From NCBI GenBank assembly GCA_002305395.1, contig DBQW01000039.1, positions 7,651 to 48,797 on the forward strand: DNA of 41,147 bases, given 5' to 3'. Positions 7,583 through 17,865 of the stretch are shown here, piece after piece. Origin of the DNA: Candidatus Berkelbacteria bacterium UBA1384. GTDB taxonomy: Bacteria; Patescibacteriota; UBA1384. Position 1 is the stretch's first letter, and each line of letters begins with the position of its first letter. The notes under the pieces were generated by a model that had not been told where the DNA came from, searched no databases, and worked only from the letters and a program-made list of their open reading frames with translations. The translations under genes and the position numbers were made by a program.

Positions 7583-9214
7583 TTATTCGATCACCGGCTC
7601 TTTAAGGTAAGCTAGTTTTTGCGTGAACTTCCCCAAAAGCGGATAGAAGCTATTCATAAAACCTTCCATATCAACAATGTTTTGTGCCGCGCCGTACCAC
7701 AGTGGAAGGCGAAAGTCGGTTTGCGCAAACCTTTTCGCCCACTCGAACTCAACACCCATACTCAAGGCAAAGGGCAGGTATTGCTCGAACTCGTTTTCTA
7801 AACTATCTTGGACCGTTGCTTTTTTGTTAAGCGCCAAATAGTTACGAAAAGCAAGCCATTTCCGCGCCTCTGCTTTTCCCTTGATCGTCTTCATAGAGAT
7901 ACGACCGGCAAAAGCAATCGCTAAAAAACCCATACCCACAAGCCCCGCCCACAGGAGCAAAGTGTATTTTGGATCGCGCGCTGTCGCCATGGTAAATATA
8001 AAACCTCCACCGCCAGTAAAAATCATAATTAGGCCATAAACGCGGTAGCGCCAGTGGACAAGCGCAGGGTTTTTAACAAAAAACTCCATCTTGGTAATTT
8101 GCTCGTATATTTGCTCGTAAACACGTGTTACTCTTTTACTAAAGAGGTCGTTGCTCACTCTTACCTCTATTTCTTCGCCAGTGCTCAATGTTTCTCCGTG
8201 CTTAAAAAACTCGTCTATTAAAGTTTGTTCATAGGTACGCAAACTCTTCCATTCTAAGGAGCGAAGATTTTTTTTGTAAATTAGCATTTCACCGTCTTTA
8301 TCTTCGATACCTAAAAAACCTCTGTTTGCTAAATCGAGAATGGTCGATAAAATTTCTTGGCTTCTTATACGACCGTGCAAAAGCACACCTACCAGTGGTG
8401 GGGGTAAATTATCGGGCGGCGCTTGTAACACCGCCAGAGGGGGACGCGCTAGGCTTTCACCAGTTGTACGAGCGTAAATGTTGACCAAAACAATAAGACC
8501 AACAAGGGGCAAGAATATGCTAAAAATAAGCCAAGAAAAGCCACTAAAGTTGTTGACAATTCTTTTAAGCGCCCCCATTACCCCTAGCTCGAGATAGCCA
8601 CGAGGAAATTCTAAATAAACCGTAACTTGTGCCGTGGGGGCAATACTCTCGGCCTCCAAAACAATAGTTTGGTTGTTATTGGTAAAGTAGCTCGCCTTAA
8701 CAGTGTCCACACCATGGGCGGTAATTAAACGACGCCCCTCTTCGGGTATGGTTTGGGGATCAATTGCTTTGGGAAGATTTACATTAACACGAAGACTGTT
8801 GATATAGCCCTGAACCGGATGGCGTGTTTCCCCGTCGAAAATTATAATTCTTAACACATCGCTACTGACTTGATGTTCTACAACAGGATTAACACGCTGT
8901 CCCCCTTGCCTTACTGCACCTCCTTTTGTAATTTCGAGATTAATTGTTTCCGCCCCTACCTCCCCAACACTGAGTGTTGATTCCGGTATGTTTTCGTCGG
9001 GCAACGCCGGTTCTGTAATAAGAGTATCATCGTCGGGCAACGCCGGTTCATCGGCAACAACACGCAAGCCATCTACCCATGCCGTAATTTTTTGCATTGG
9101 TTGAAAGTATAAGTTCGCCACGCCAAGCGCAATACCGATTGCGGCAAAGAAAAAAAACTTACGCCACAAAAAACTAGTACCTCGTAATAATTCTGCCCAA
9201 ATACTCCTTCTCAC
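7583..9214 (-). CDS. DUF2207-like membrane protein
   Basis: 543 aa. It has an N-terminal TM, a beta-rich ectodomain, a central TM and a C-terminal module resembling the DUF2207 paralog at 19835..21523 (..YLPFALSMGVEFEWAKRF.. versus ..YLPYAIVFGLTGKWAKAF..). An in-frame 36-nt duplication (tcgtcgggcaacgccggttc at 8994 and 9030) gives EPALPD twice. Confidence 0.7.
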   Translation of the reverse strand: MRRSIWAELLRGTSFLWRKFFFFAAIGIALGVANLYFQPMQKITAWVDGLRVVADEPALPDDDTLITEPALPDENIPESTLSVGEVGAETINLEITKGGAVRQGGQRVNPVVEHQVSSDVLRIIIFDGETRHPVQGYINSLRVNVNLPKAIDPQTIPEEGRRLITAHGVDTVKASYFTNNNQTIVLEAESIAPTAQVTVYLEFPRGYLELGVMGALKRIVNNFSGFSWLIFSIFLPLVGLIVLVNIYARTTGESLARPPLAVLQAPPDNLPPPLVGVLLHGRIRSQEILSTILDLANRGFLGIEDKDGEMLIYKKNLRSLEWKSLRTYEQTLIDEFFKHGETLSTGEEIEVRVSNDLFSKRVTRVYEQIYEQITKMEFFVKNPALVHWRYRVYGLIMIFTGGGGFIFTMATARDPKYTLLLWAGLVGMGFLAIAFAGRISMKTIKGKAEARKWLAFRNYLALNKKATVQDSLENEFEQYLPFALSMGVEFEWAKRFAQTDFRLPLWYGAAQNIVDMEGFMNSFYPLLGKFTQKLAYLKEPVIE

Positions 9215-10203
9215 TAGCCTCCTATGTGCAACATTAAACCCTTGTGTCGCCTGCTTAAATTATACACCAATAACTCTATTCCTGCCTCTGGCGCAATAGC
9301 CCCTGTTTTAATGTTGATGTCTGTTTGCGCGATAAACTGATAAGTTTTTGCAAGCCACGACCAACTCAAGTTTTTCGCCAAAGGAGTTAACTTACCCACC
9401 ACAAAAGGCATTATTTTTGCCCGTCGCGCAATTTCCGCATAGGGTGTTTTTGCCTCCAAAAGACCCTTAACATAAACGAGAGCACGATACTGGTAAGCAA
9501 TCGCCCCTAAAACCAAAACGGGCTCACTTTGTGCCCTTAGGGCGGCGAGATGTCCCACCATAACCTTGTCGTTGCCTGCTTTAAGAGCATCGAGTAAGGC
9601 AAAGCTATCCCCTACTACCTTGCGCGGCAGGAAGAGGTCGATATCCCTGCTTGTTACTGTGCGACCAAGGCAGTAAAGACGCAGTTGTTCTAAGATGTTT
9701 TGTAGCTGCCAACCGTTGCCCTCTGTCCCCGCCAACAAAAGCCTTTGCGCTTCGCCCTCTATGTCGATATTATTTTTTGTCACCAGTTCAAGGGCGAACT
9801 TTTCCCAGCTAACCTTCGAGAGTGTTTGTAATTCTATAAAATAAGAAGACTTAAAAAGGAATTTATAAAGCTTTGTTCTTTTGTCGACGTTATTTTTTTC
9901 CAGTATTATCACATTAACCGTTGGCGATTTTTTTTGTATTTTTTTTATAACTACCTCGCTGTCGAGGCCCTTTGTCGTCAAAAGGTTTTTAACGACGAGT
10001 GTCTTTTCTTGCGCAAAAAGGCCAGTAGATAAAAGTTCGTTTATTAAACGCTCTTCCTCGAAATTGTCTTCGCAATCTATAGTAACTACATTTTTTCGCC
10101 CTGCATCGAGGCGCGCAATAACCTCTTCTAACTTCGCCTGGCGGCGAAAATCATCGTTGCCAAAAATGAAATACAAACCATCAATCATAATTTTTTTCTG
10201 CAT
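9214..10203 (-). CDS. holA: DNA polymerase III delta subunit-like protein
   Basis: 329 aa. The size, the N-terminal ..LYFIFGNDDF.. segment and the helical C-terminal domain fit HolA. It overlaps the upstream gene by 23 nt. Confidence 0.6.
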   Translation of the reverse strand: MQKKIMIDGLYFIFGNDDFRRQAKLEEVIARLDAGRKNVVTIDCEDNFEEERLINELLSTGLFAQEKTLVVKNLLTTKGLDSEVVIKKIQKKSPTVNVIILEKNNVDKRTKLYKFLFKSSYFIELQTLSKVSWEKFALELVTKNNIDIEGEAQRLLLAGTEGNGWQLQNILEQLRLYCLGRTVTSRDIDLFLPRKVVGDSFALLDALKAGNDKVMVGHLAALRAQSEPVLVLGAIAYQYRALVYVKGLLEAKTPYAEIARRAKIMPFVVGKLTPLAKNLSWSWLAKTYQFIAQTDINIKTGAIAPEAGIELLVYNLSRRHKGLMLHIGG

Positions 10204-11404
10204 TCCCGCTGGTCATTAGCGCGGCGGCAAGCCACCACAAAATTGCGAGATCGTTTTTGAAAATTGGGGTATCTACTAGCCCATAAAAAAGTATTGCTAA
10301 AAAGAAAACCAAGGGCATAAGAGCTTCTTTTGTAGGCGCGCGAAAATGGGGACGCAAAAGAATAATAACCCACCATACAAAAACTAGAAGTGCAAGCCCA
10401 CCCATACTCGCCCAAATATGCAAAAATAAATTATGGGCAGATAAGGCAAAGGGGGCAATAAATTCGTCGTAATTAACTCTTCCTTTTGTTAGGGTGGTAA
10501 AGTAGTCTTGGTAGTTACCCAACCCCGCGCCGAGCAATGGCTTTTCTTTGATAACCTCAAGCGTTGTGCGCCAGACCTCCCAACGCACGTTGTTACTTGT
10601 AACGACACGCCCCGCATTGGTTGAGGCGTTAAAATCGGGGCGCGCAAAGTAAAAAACAACTACCGCCATAGCTAGCGCGAAGACAGCAAATAAAAATGTT
10701 TTATGCTTAATTTTTCCCCCAAACGGTAGGTGGTAAAAAAGCATATAGGCGCCACCAAGCGCCAGGGACCCCACAAGTGCTACCACTGCCCCTCTACTTT
10801 GCGCGCCCGCAAGAGCGACTGCCATAACAAGTGCCGCCACCACACTAACCACGCGCCATATTTTTTGGTACTTAATAGCTCCTATGACCGCCAGGCTTAC
10901 AATGGGCGCTAAAAACAAGCTTAAATAATTTGCCGAAGCAGATACGTCGAAACCATACCAGCCGAGCCAGCGCCCGTCGTTTGCCCTGTGCCAACCACAA
11001 GCAGAAAACAAACTAACAAGCGCGACTACTCCCCCCGTAAGAATGAGTGTCTTTTTTACAAGAGAATATTGGCGACTTGCCACGACCATAATATAAATAA
11101 GTAAACCATCGACAAAAAAGGCGCGCCAGTAGCCGAGACCGGACAAGACATCGGGGTTTACAAGGGCGCTTATTAAACCCCATACGCTCCAGAGAGCAAT
11201 AATAAGAACGTGGCGCGGAGGAAAAACTGTCCAAGGGTGGGTAATAATTTTTCGAAGCCTGTCTTTGCCGTAGAATAAAAGCCAAGCAAGAAAGCCGAGG
11301 TAAAGAATTATTTCAAATGCGTTCGTAGGAACACCTAAAAGAGAAAAACGAAAGGGGTAAAGAGGTGTAGAAAAAATTATTGCCGATAAAATATATTTTT
11401 CCAT
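10181..11404 (-). CDS. O-antigen ligase/polymerase family (Wzy_C-like) membrane protein
   Basis: 407 aa and polytopic. It carries the ..GAQSRGAVVALVGSLAL.. motif typical of Wzy_C/WaaL-type proteins. Confidence 0.7.
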   Translation of the reverse strand: MEKYILSAIIFSTPLYPFRFSLLGVPTNAFEIILYLGFLAWLLFYGKDRLRKIITHPWTVFPPRHVLIIALWSVWGLISALVNPDVLSGLGYWRAFFVDGLLIYIMVVASRQYSLVKKTLILTGGVVALVSLFSACGWHRANDGRWLGWYGFDVSASANYLSLFLAPIVSLAVIGAIKYQKIWRVVSVVAALVMAVALAGAQSRGAVVALVGSLALGGAYMLFYHLPFGGKIKHKTFLFAVFALAMAVVVFYFARPDFNASTNAGRVVTSNNVRWEVWRTTLEVIKEKPLLGAGLGNYQDYFTTLTKGRVNYDEFIAPFALSAHNLFLHIWASMGGLALLVFVWWVIILLRPHFRAPTKEALMPLVFFLAILFYGLVDTPIFKNDLAILWWLAAALMTSGNAEKNYD

Positions 11405-11410
11405 TAGGCG

Positions 11411-12820
11411 TTACTTTTTATTAAGGATTTTTTCTTGGTTGGCAATAAGTAAAGCAAGAAAGACCCAAATATAAACGATGTATATGGTAGAAAATGTTAT
11501 ATATTGCGCGAGTATTGCGATAATACCGAGCGTAAAACCCGCGAGCGTGGCCTTGTCGAAATCGTTGTCGGCAACAAACCAGGCTTGCACCGAACGAACA
11601 AGGACAAAGCCGAAAAAAAGTACAAAAAAGATAATCCCCCAAATACCAGTTTCAACCAGTGTTTCTAGATATTGGTTATTAACTATCGGCTGGTAACCCT
11701 CTGTTTGTGATTGAAACTTTTCGTCTAATTCTAGTTTGCCGTACCCTCCCAGCCCCACTCCTCGCCAGGGGTAAATACGCCACCACTCCACCGCAAGCTC
11801 GGAGGCATCTTTTCTCGAGACAACGGATTCCGCATGGAGCCTCGACACACTTAGGTGGGCAATAATTTCATCGCGCGCCTTTGAGCTCGATGTTGTAAAA
11901 AACGCCAAGGCCATCACAAGGGCAAGTGTTAGTATAGAGGCGACAACAACAATATTGTCGCGCGCAAAAAACCTTTTATACTGCCATATTATTAAAAGTA
12001 AGCCTCCTACGCCAAGACCCAAGTAAGCACCACGAGATAAAGTTAAAACGATACTCGATAAAAGCAGTAAACTAATCAAAAGGGCATAATTGCGCGTTAT
12101 ACTTTTTGTTCCCCCGTAAAGAAAATAACAAACGGCAAGGAAAAATGGCACAAGTAAATAATTGCCATAGTAAAGAGGCTCGCCAAGCGTAGAATGGACG
12201 CGAGGAAAACCAAAGGTGCTTTTATCGTAGCCCGGCTTTATACCTGTTATTTCGAAGGGGAGACCAACAAGATCACCGAAAATTTGAAAAAAACCAAACA
12301 AGGCAACAATGGAGGCAACAATAACAACGGCGATATTGGCTTTTCTTAAAATTGATGTTTCCCCTGTTAATTGTATGGTAAGCCAAAAACCCACAAGGGC
12401 AACAAACCAGAACAAAATGACCATTAAAGTTCTGTTCGGATCAATACTTACAGCGTACGACCAGACACCAACGAGCCAGAACAATAGCGCGAGCCAAAGA
12501 GCTAAGGGGGTTTTTAAGCTGGCTCTGTTTAAGAGGAAAAGGGCGAGCCAAGCAAACCCCACCACGGCAATAACAAAATGAACTGGTTTAACCGTCATTC
12601 CCCCTACACTTACAGTCAGGAGGCGTTCAAAAGGTAGAGTTGCAATAATCAACAAAATACCGAGAGCAGGGTTTTTAATAACTGCGACAAAAAGAATTAC
12701 TCCCACCGTGGCGGCAAGCAATAAAATAAGACCGGGAGTGCCTAAAACATAAAGAGCACCAGCCATCACCATCGCCAATACGACGTAAAGCAAATTTATA
12801 AGATAAACCTTATTTTTCAT
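11411..12820 (-). CDS. O-antigen ligase/polymerase family (Wzy_C-like) membrane protein, second copy
   Basis: 469 aa and polytopic, with the ..LTLSRGAYLGLGVGGLLL.. motif. Confidence 0.7.
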   Translation of the reverse strand: MKNKVYLINLLYVVLAMVMAGALYVLGTPGLILLLAATVGVILFVAVIKNPALGILLIIATLPFERLLTVSVGGMTVKPVHFVIAVVGFAWLALFLLNRASLKTPLALWLALLFWLVGVWSYAVSIDPNRTLMVILFWFVALVGFWLTIQLTGETSILRKANIAVVIVASIVALFGFFQIFGDLVGLPFEITGIKPGYDKSTFGFPRVHSTLGEPLYYGNYLLVPFFLAVCYFLYGGTKSITRNYALLISLLLLSSIVLTLSRGAYLGLGVGGLLLIIWQYKRFFARDNIVVVASILTLALVMALAFFTTSSSKARDEIIAHLSVSRLHAESVVSRKDASELAVEWWRIYPWRGVGLGGYGKLELDEKFQSQTEGYQPIVNNQYLETLVETGIWGIIFFVLFFGFVLVRSVQAWFVADNDFDKATLAGFTLGIIAILAQYITFSTIYIVYIWVFLALLIANQEKILNKK

Positions 12821-13931
12821 AGCAAAGCTTGCTCACTATCGCCTCTCCTCTTTTGATATTTTTTTTACTGTCGTAATGCGCGAGTGCATATTTTCTGCCC
12901 GCTCTGGAGAGTTCTTTTGCGCGTTTTTTATTGTTAATAATCGTTAAAAGACTTTTTGCCAAGGCACTCGGGTCTTTTTCGGGAACAAGGAGGCCGATTT
13001 TCCCGTTGATGATATACTCTGGTATTGCGCCACTTTGGGCGGAAACAACGGGGGTGCCACACGCCAACGCTTGCAGGTTGACTGTTCCCACCTGCTCTTC
13101 CCATTTCGGCACGGTGCGAGAAGGATAAACACTTACCGTCGCCGCTCTAAAAAGCGGAGGTAGGTCCGTCTGTTGGCGCAAGCCAAGTAGAGTTATTTTT
13201 CCTTTTTTTCTATTGCCGGCACGATATTTTTCGACTTCGCACTCCATAGGACCTGTGCCCACAAAGACCAAGTGTGCCGGCGTAATATCGATAACTTTTT
13301 CATAAGCATTAAGGATGTCGGCAATACCCTTTTCCTCCACTAAACGGCCGACATATAAAATAACAGGTATTTGCCATTTTGGCTCTTTACCGTTTTTTTG
13401 GGGAGAGAAAAGTTCGGTATCTACCCCCCAGACACCCCACAAAGCACGAACTATTTTTTTCTTTTCTACGCCGACATCGAGGAGATTTTTCTGCGCGCCT
13501 TTGTTGAGAACAAAAATTAAATCTGTTTTTTTACAATAAAGCCGGAGAATAAGTTTAACAAGGGGCGACAAAACACCAAAGCGGGTATGGGGAGGGCGAT
13601 TTTCGAGCATAGGAAAAATAAATTTTGCCCCCACCTTGCGTGCCGCCTTTTGTGCGGCGAAAGAAAAAATAAGTGCTTTTTTTGAGGCATACGGCTCGGC
13701 ACCCTGAATAACCGCGGGAGCAAGGCGTGTTAGCTTACGGTATAGGTGGCGAGCATTGTCGAATTTAATAGCGCGTACCGCGCCACCCTCGAGTTCTTTG
13801 GTACCGATATCACCGTAGGGCGCCTTAAAATAAAAGTGCACTATTTCAAAATCCTTAAAATGACGCAGTGGCTCGTGAATATCGCGCCTTATTGCCTCGG
13901 TAACAAACGCCAACACAGGTTTGCTAGCCAC
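12810..13931 (-). CDS. glycosyltransferase family 4 (GT-B)
   Basis: 373 aa with ..ACGTPVVSAQSGAIPEYIINGKIGLLV.., an E-x7-E-type C-terminal GT4 signature. Confidence 0.85.
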   Translation of the reverse strand: MASKPVLAFVTEAIRRDIHEPLRHFKDFEIVHFYFKAPYGDIGTKELEGGAVRAIKFDNARHLYRKLTRLAPAVIQGAEPYASKKALIFSFAAQKAARKVGAKFIFPMLENRPPHTRFGVLSPLVKLILRLYCKKTDLIFVLNKGAQKNLLDVGVEKKKIVRALWGVWGVDTELFSPQKNGKEPKWQIPVILYVGRLVEEKGIADILNAYEKVIDITPAHLVFVGTGPMECEVEKYRAGNRKKGKITLLGLRQQTDLPPLFRAATVSVYPSRTVPKWEEQVGTVNLQALACGTPVVSAQSGAIPEYIINGKIGLLVPEKDPSALAKSLLTIINNKKRAKELSRAGRKYALAHYDSKKNIKRGEAIVSKLCYEK

Positions 13932-15003
13932 GAAGAACCTCCTCGTACACCTCTACCGTTTGGCGAGCAGTTTTGCGCCAACTAAACTTTTTCGCTTGTT
14001 TTAGAGAAGCGGTTGTCATTTTTTCGCGCAATGGCTTGTCGCGCAAAATACGCAAAATCGCCTTGACCCAGCTTTCAACATCTTTAGGCGACAAAAGTAC
14101 ACCCGCGTCTCCTACAACTTCGGGAATACTCGATGTGTTACTTGCCACAACAGGTGTACCGCAACTCATCGCCTCCAGAGGAGGCAAACCAAAGCCTTCG
14201 TATATAGAAGGAAAAGCATAAACATCGGCCCCGTTATACAAATAAGGTGCCTCTTCGTCTTCTATATAGCCAGTAAAGATAACAAACTTCTCGAGCCCTA
14301 AGTGGCGCACCGCCTCAAAAAGATTTTCATAATACCATCCCTTTTTACCCGTAATAACGAGTTTTATATCGGGCATCATTTTATGAATACGGTTAAAAAC
14401 ACGAATCAAAAACTCAAGATTTTTACGGGGATTAAGAGTGCCAATATGCAATATATAGCGCCCGTCGATATAGTATTTATCGAGAATCTTATCAATTTTT
14501 CGTCGGTCTTTGATGGGCTTAAACCGACTTCCTGCCGCCTCGGGGATAACCACCATTTTTTCCTCTGGCACCCCAAGGTGTTTGATAAGATCCTGCTTTG
14601 TATGCTCGGAAACACAAATAATTTTATCGGCAAAACGATAAGAGAAAGGCATCCACCGTGCAAAATATTGCCTTGAGTAAAAAGGAATATCGCCGCCAAA
14701 CAAAATAGCAATAATATCGTGTACGGTAACTACTGTTTTACCCTTAAAAAAGACAGGGGCGGAAAAAGCTGGTTGGTGCAAAAGATCGACGTGCGCGGCA
14801 CGAGCAAGACGAGGAAGTTTAAACTGGTCCCACAAAAAACGGCGTGGCGCATTAAAGTCACGCTCCTCCGCTGGCTTAAAAAAAGCGTATTTGTTTTTTT
14901 TATCAATTTTTTTTAGTTGCTCGGTAAGATTAGAAACATAAAAACCAAAACCGGTTTTTTGCCCTAAGGTTGTCTGTATGTCGATACCTATTTTTGCCAC
15001 CAT
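13924..15003 (-). CDS. glycosyltransferase family 4 (GT-B)
   Basis: 359 aa with ..FPSIYEGFGLPPLEAMSCGTPVVASNTSSIPEVVGDAG.. Confidence 0.9.
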   Translation of the reverse strand: MVAKIGIDIQTTLGQKTGFGFYVSNLTEQLKKIDKKNKYAFFKPAEERDFNAPRRFLWDQFKLPRLARAAHVDLLHQPAFSAPVFFKGKTVVTVHDIIAILFGGDIPFYSRQYFARWMPFSYRFADKIICVSEHTKQDLIKHLGVPEEKMVVIPEAAGSRFKPIKDRRKIDKILDKYYIDGRYILHIGTLNPRKNLEFLIRVFNRIHKMMPDIKLVITGKKGWYYENLFEAVRHLGLEKFVIFTGYIEDEEAPYLYNGADVYAFPSIYEGFGLPPLEAMSCGTPVVASNTSSIPEVVGDAGVLLSPKDVESWVKAILRILRDKPLREKMTTASLKQAKKFSWRKTARQTVEVYEEVLRG

Positions 15004-15045
15004 ACCTCTTTTGTTGCTTACTTTTTACTGTATCACGAAAACTTG

Positions 15046-16149
15046 CTAGTTTGCTAACGGAACGACTTTATTGTACACCGCGGCGGTTTCTTTAACTGTT
15101 TTTTTCCAACTAAATTCTTTTGCCCTGCCCAGCCCCTTTACCCTTAAAACGTTGCGACTTGCCTTATCGGTGATGAGCCTTTTTAGACCCGCCGCCCAAG
15201 GCACAACATTAGGAGGCATAACCATTGCCGCCCCATGGGCTACCTCCGGCATACTAGATATATTGTTAGTAATTACGGGCAAACCACAGGCCATTGCCTC
15301 TATTAAAGGAAGACCAAAACCTTCGTAAAGAGAGGGAAAAGCAAATATCTCTGCATGATTCATAATTTCTACCAGTTTTTTGTCGCTTACATAGCCCCAA
15401 AACTTTACTTTTTTGCCCATCTTTTTGGCATGGGAGAAAATCGCCCCATCGTTCCACCCTTTGGCGCCAACCACCCATATTTCATATTCGTCTTGCAACT
15501 CTTGTGGCAACCTTAAAAAAGCATCGAAAAGAAGTTTTAGGTTTTTTCTTGGTTCAACTGTTCCCACCGCCAATATTATTTTATCTCTTTTAATGTAGTT
15601 AAGAGTACGAAATATAGGGTCTAAACCCAAGTGGACAACAGTAATTTTGTTTTTTGCTTCTGGCAAATATTTGACGATATCGTCTTTCGTTGCTTTGGAG
15701 ACAGCGATAATATGATCGGCGCGGCGAATTGCTTTTATTGTGCGCCTATTTTGGTTGCCCGACACTTTTTTCCCGCGCAACTGTGGAAACAAAAAAGATG
15801 TCATATCGTGGATAGTTAAAACAAGTGGTTTTTTTGTAGCTAAGGGTGCCTCCCAAATACTGGGCGCATGCCAAAGATCAACTTGGGGCATAAATAAATC
15901 GGGCCAAGAAATGGGGCCACCCCAGAGTGAGTTTTTGAATTCACCGGGTACTCTTTTGGTGGTAAAAGGACGCGTACCGGTAATGCTTTTAATTTCTTTA
16001 AGCTTGCTTTTTGCTCCCCGCATAAAAGTAAAGAAAAAACGGACATCGACGTTGGGATATTGCGCCATATAAGCTACTAGGTTTTTCGTGTAGCGCCCGA
16101 TACCCGCTTTTTCGTTGATACCCCTTGTCCCATCTATGCCGATTACCAT
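15046..16149 (-). CDS. glycosyltransferase family 4 (GT-B)
   Basis: 367 aa with ..FPSLYEGFGLPLIEAMACGLPVITNNISSMPEVAHGAA.. Confidence 0.9.
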   Translation of the reverse strand: MVIGIDGTRGINEKAGIGRYTKNLVAYMAQYPNVDVRFFFTFMRGAKSKLKEIKSITGTRPFTTKRVPGEFKNSLWGGPISWPDLFMPQVDLWHAPSIWEAPLATKKPLVLTIHDMTSFLFPQLRGKKVSGNQNRRTIKAIRRADHIIAVSKATKDDIVKYLPEAKNKITVVHLGLDPIFRTLNYIKRDKIILAVGTVEPRKNLKLLFDAFLRLPQELQDEYEIWVVGAKGWNDGAIFSHAKKMGKKVKFWGYVSDKKLVEIMNHAEIFAFPSLYEGFGLPLIEAMACGLPVITNNISSMPEVAHGAAMVMPPNVVPWAAGLKRLITDKASRNVLRVKGLGRAKEFSWKKTVKETAAVYNKVVPLAN

Positions 16150-16170
16150 AATAATTTACTCCAAAATACA

Positions 16171-17637
16171 TTAAGAGGCTTTTGTTTCCCCTTTAATTAT
16201 TTCTCTTAACATTTCTTTGCTCACCGCTTTTGTTGCAACCACGACCACAAAGTACACAAGGCTACCTACCAGCATAGGTAATACAATGAATGTGTTACGT
16301 AGTGGCAGGATTGCCAAAGCCATTATAATACCACCCACTATCGCTTTTGCGCTCGCCGACCCGTTCAAGCGAAAATCGATGAAGTTATGCAAAAGATGGC
16401 GGTTAACAAGAAGAACACATAGTTCCGTAATAATAGTTGCCACCGCAGCACCAATGTAGCTAAATTTTGGAATAAGCAAGAGGTTTAAGACAATGTTGAG
16501 TAACATAAAACAAAGGTTTGGTAAAAGCAAAGCGCGCTGTTTGCCAGCGGCGATAATCATATTATTAAATATGCTTGTGAGGTAAGTTAAGATTATTGTG
16601 ACCGCAAGAACCTGCAATGTACTCACCGCTGTCATCGGATAACCTGCGATACTAAATGTACTTGTACGAATAAATTCGCTGCCGGCAACAATATTGATTA
16701 TTGGCCTTGCCAAGGTGATAGCACCAACCATTAGTGGCACCGAAAGAAGCATCATAAAATCGAACGATTTTTGCATAGCACCGCAAAATTTTTCGAGCTT
16801 TTTTTGCGCGAGGTAACCCGACATTATTGGGAAAATTATTCCAATAAATAATGCGGGGAGAGCCAAAAGGACTTCGTATATTTTGTAGGGCGCACCGTAG
16901 ATACCAATATCGACCTGTGTCTTCATTACACTCAACATCACTGAATCAATCTTAAAATACACTATCGCTAAAATACTCGCTAATCCCACCGGCCAACTCT
17001 GTTGCCAGAGATAGCGCCAATATTGCTTGTCGAACTTAAAGCGAAGTTTGACACATTGATTAGCATAAAAGGTATTAATAACAAGACCGACAAAAGCACC
17101 TACGGGGTAAGCAGAAAGAAGCGCTAAAAGACCGTATTGGAGGCGTGAAAAGAGAATTATTAAACCAAGAGTAGTAAGACGGGAAGCAACATCACCCAGC
17201 ACCGCTCTGTCGGCCTTAAGATTGGCTTGCAAAACAGCAACGACCGTTCCCTGTATGGTCCCCCATAGCATAGAAAGGGCAATAATGCCGATACCAAGAT
17301 TAACAACCAGAGGATAATCTAGTAACCAACCCACCGCAAAACATAAAGCATAAACAACAAGAGCAAAAATAGTTCTAATACTTAAAACATTGCCTGCCGC
17401 CTTTTCTGGTGAAACTTTTTTTGCCCCTAGTTCGCGCAAAAGGATAAGCATAAAGCCAAAATCGGCAAAGGTACTGAAAAGGCCGACAAAGGCAAAAACT
17501 GTTGTGTAATTGCCAAAGCCGGCAACACCGAGGTAGCGAGTTAGGATGCCAATTGCCACAATGGAAATAACGGTATTCACAGCGCGGCCGACGATCTGTG
17601 CCGCCGTATTGTAAGCAATTTTCCGTTTAAGGCTCAT
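16171..17637 (-). CDS. wzx: polysaccharide flippase (Wzx/MOP superfamily)
   Basis: 488 aa with about 12-14 TM segments. The N-terminus ..KIAYNTAAQIVGRAVNTVISIVAIGILTRYLG.. is typical of Wzx-type transporters. Confidence 0.8.
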   Translation of the reverse strand: MSLKRKIAYNTAAQIVGRAVNTVISIVAIGILTRYLGVAGFGNYTTVFAFVGLFSTFADFGFMLILLRELGAKKVSPEKAAGNVLSIRTIFALVVYALCFAVGWLLDYPLVVNLGIGIIALSMLWGTIQGTVVAVLQANLKADRAVLGDVASRLTTLGLIILFSRLQYGLLALLSAYPVGAFVGLVINTFYANQCVKLRFKFDKQYWRYLWQQSWPVGLASILAIVYFKIDSVMLSVMKTQVDIGIYGAPYKIYEVLLALPALFIGIIFPIMSGYLAQKKLEKFCGAMQKSFDFMMLLSVPLMVGAITLARPIINIVAGSEFIRTSTFSIAGYPMTAVSTLQVLAVTIILTYLTSIFNNMIIAAGKQRALLLPNLCFMLLNIVLNLLLIPKFSYIGAAVATIITELCVLLVNRHLLHNFIDFRLNGSASAKAIVGGIIMALAILPLRNTFIVLPMLVGSLVYFVVVVATKAVSKEMLREIIKGETKAS

Positions 17638-17673
17638 AGATTATTTATAAAACTACTAAACTATTTTAAAAGG

Positions 17674-17749
17674 TGGCGTGCCTGGCAGGATTTGAACCTG
17701 CGACCTTCAGCTCCGCAAGCTGACGCTCTATCCACTGAGCTACAGGCAC
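17674..17749 (-). tRNA. tRNA-Arg (anticodon GCG), CCA encoded
   Basis: Hand-folded cloverleaf: GTGCCTG TA GCTC AGTGGATA GAGC G TCAGC TTGCGGA GCTGA AGGTC GCAGG TTCAAAT CCTGC CAGGCAC G CCA. Confidence 0.9.
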
Positions 17750-17865
17750 ACAGAAACGTAAACGCCAATTTAGTATGCCACTGTACGATATTATTGTACC
17801 TGTAAAATAGGATTTAATCAATATTTTACACCCGTTACTTTTATGGGCAGACGAGAGAATCGCTT

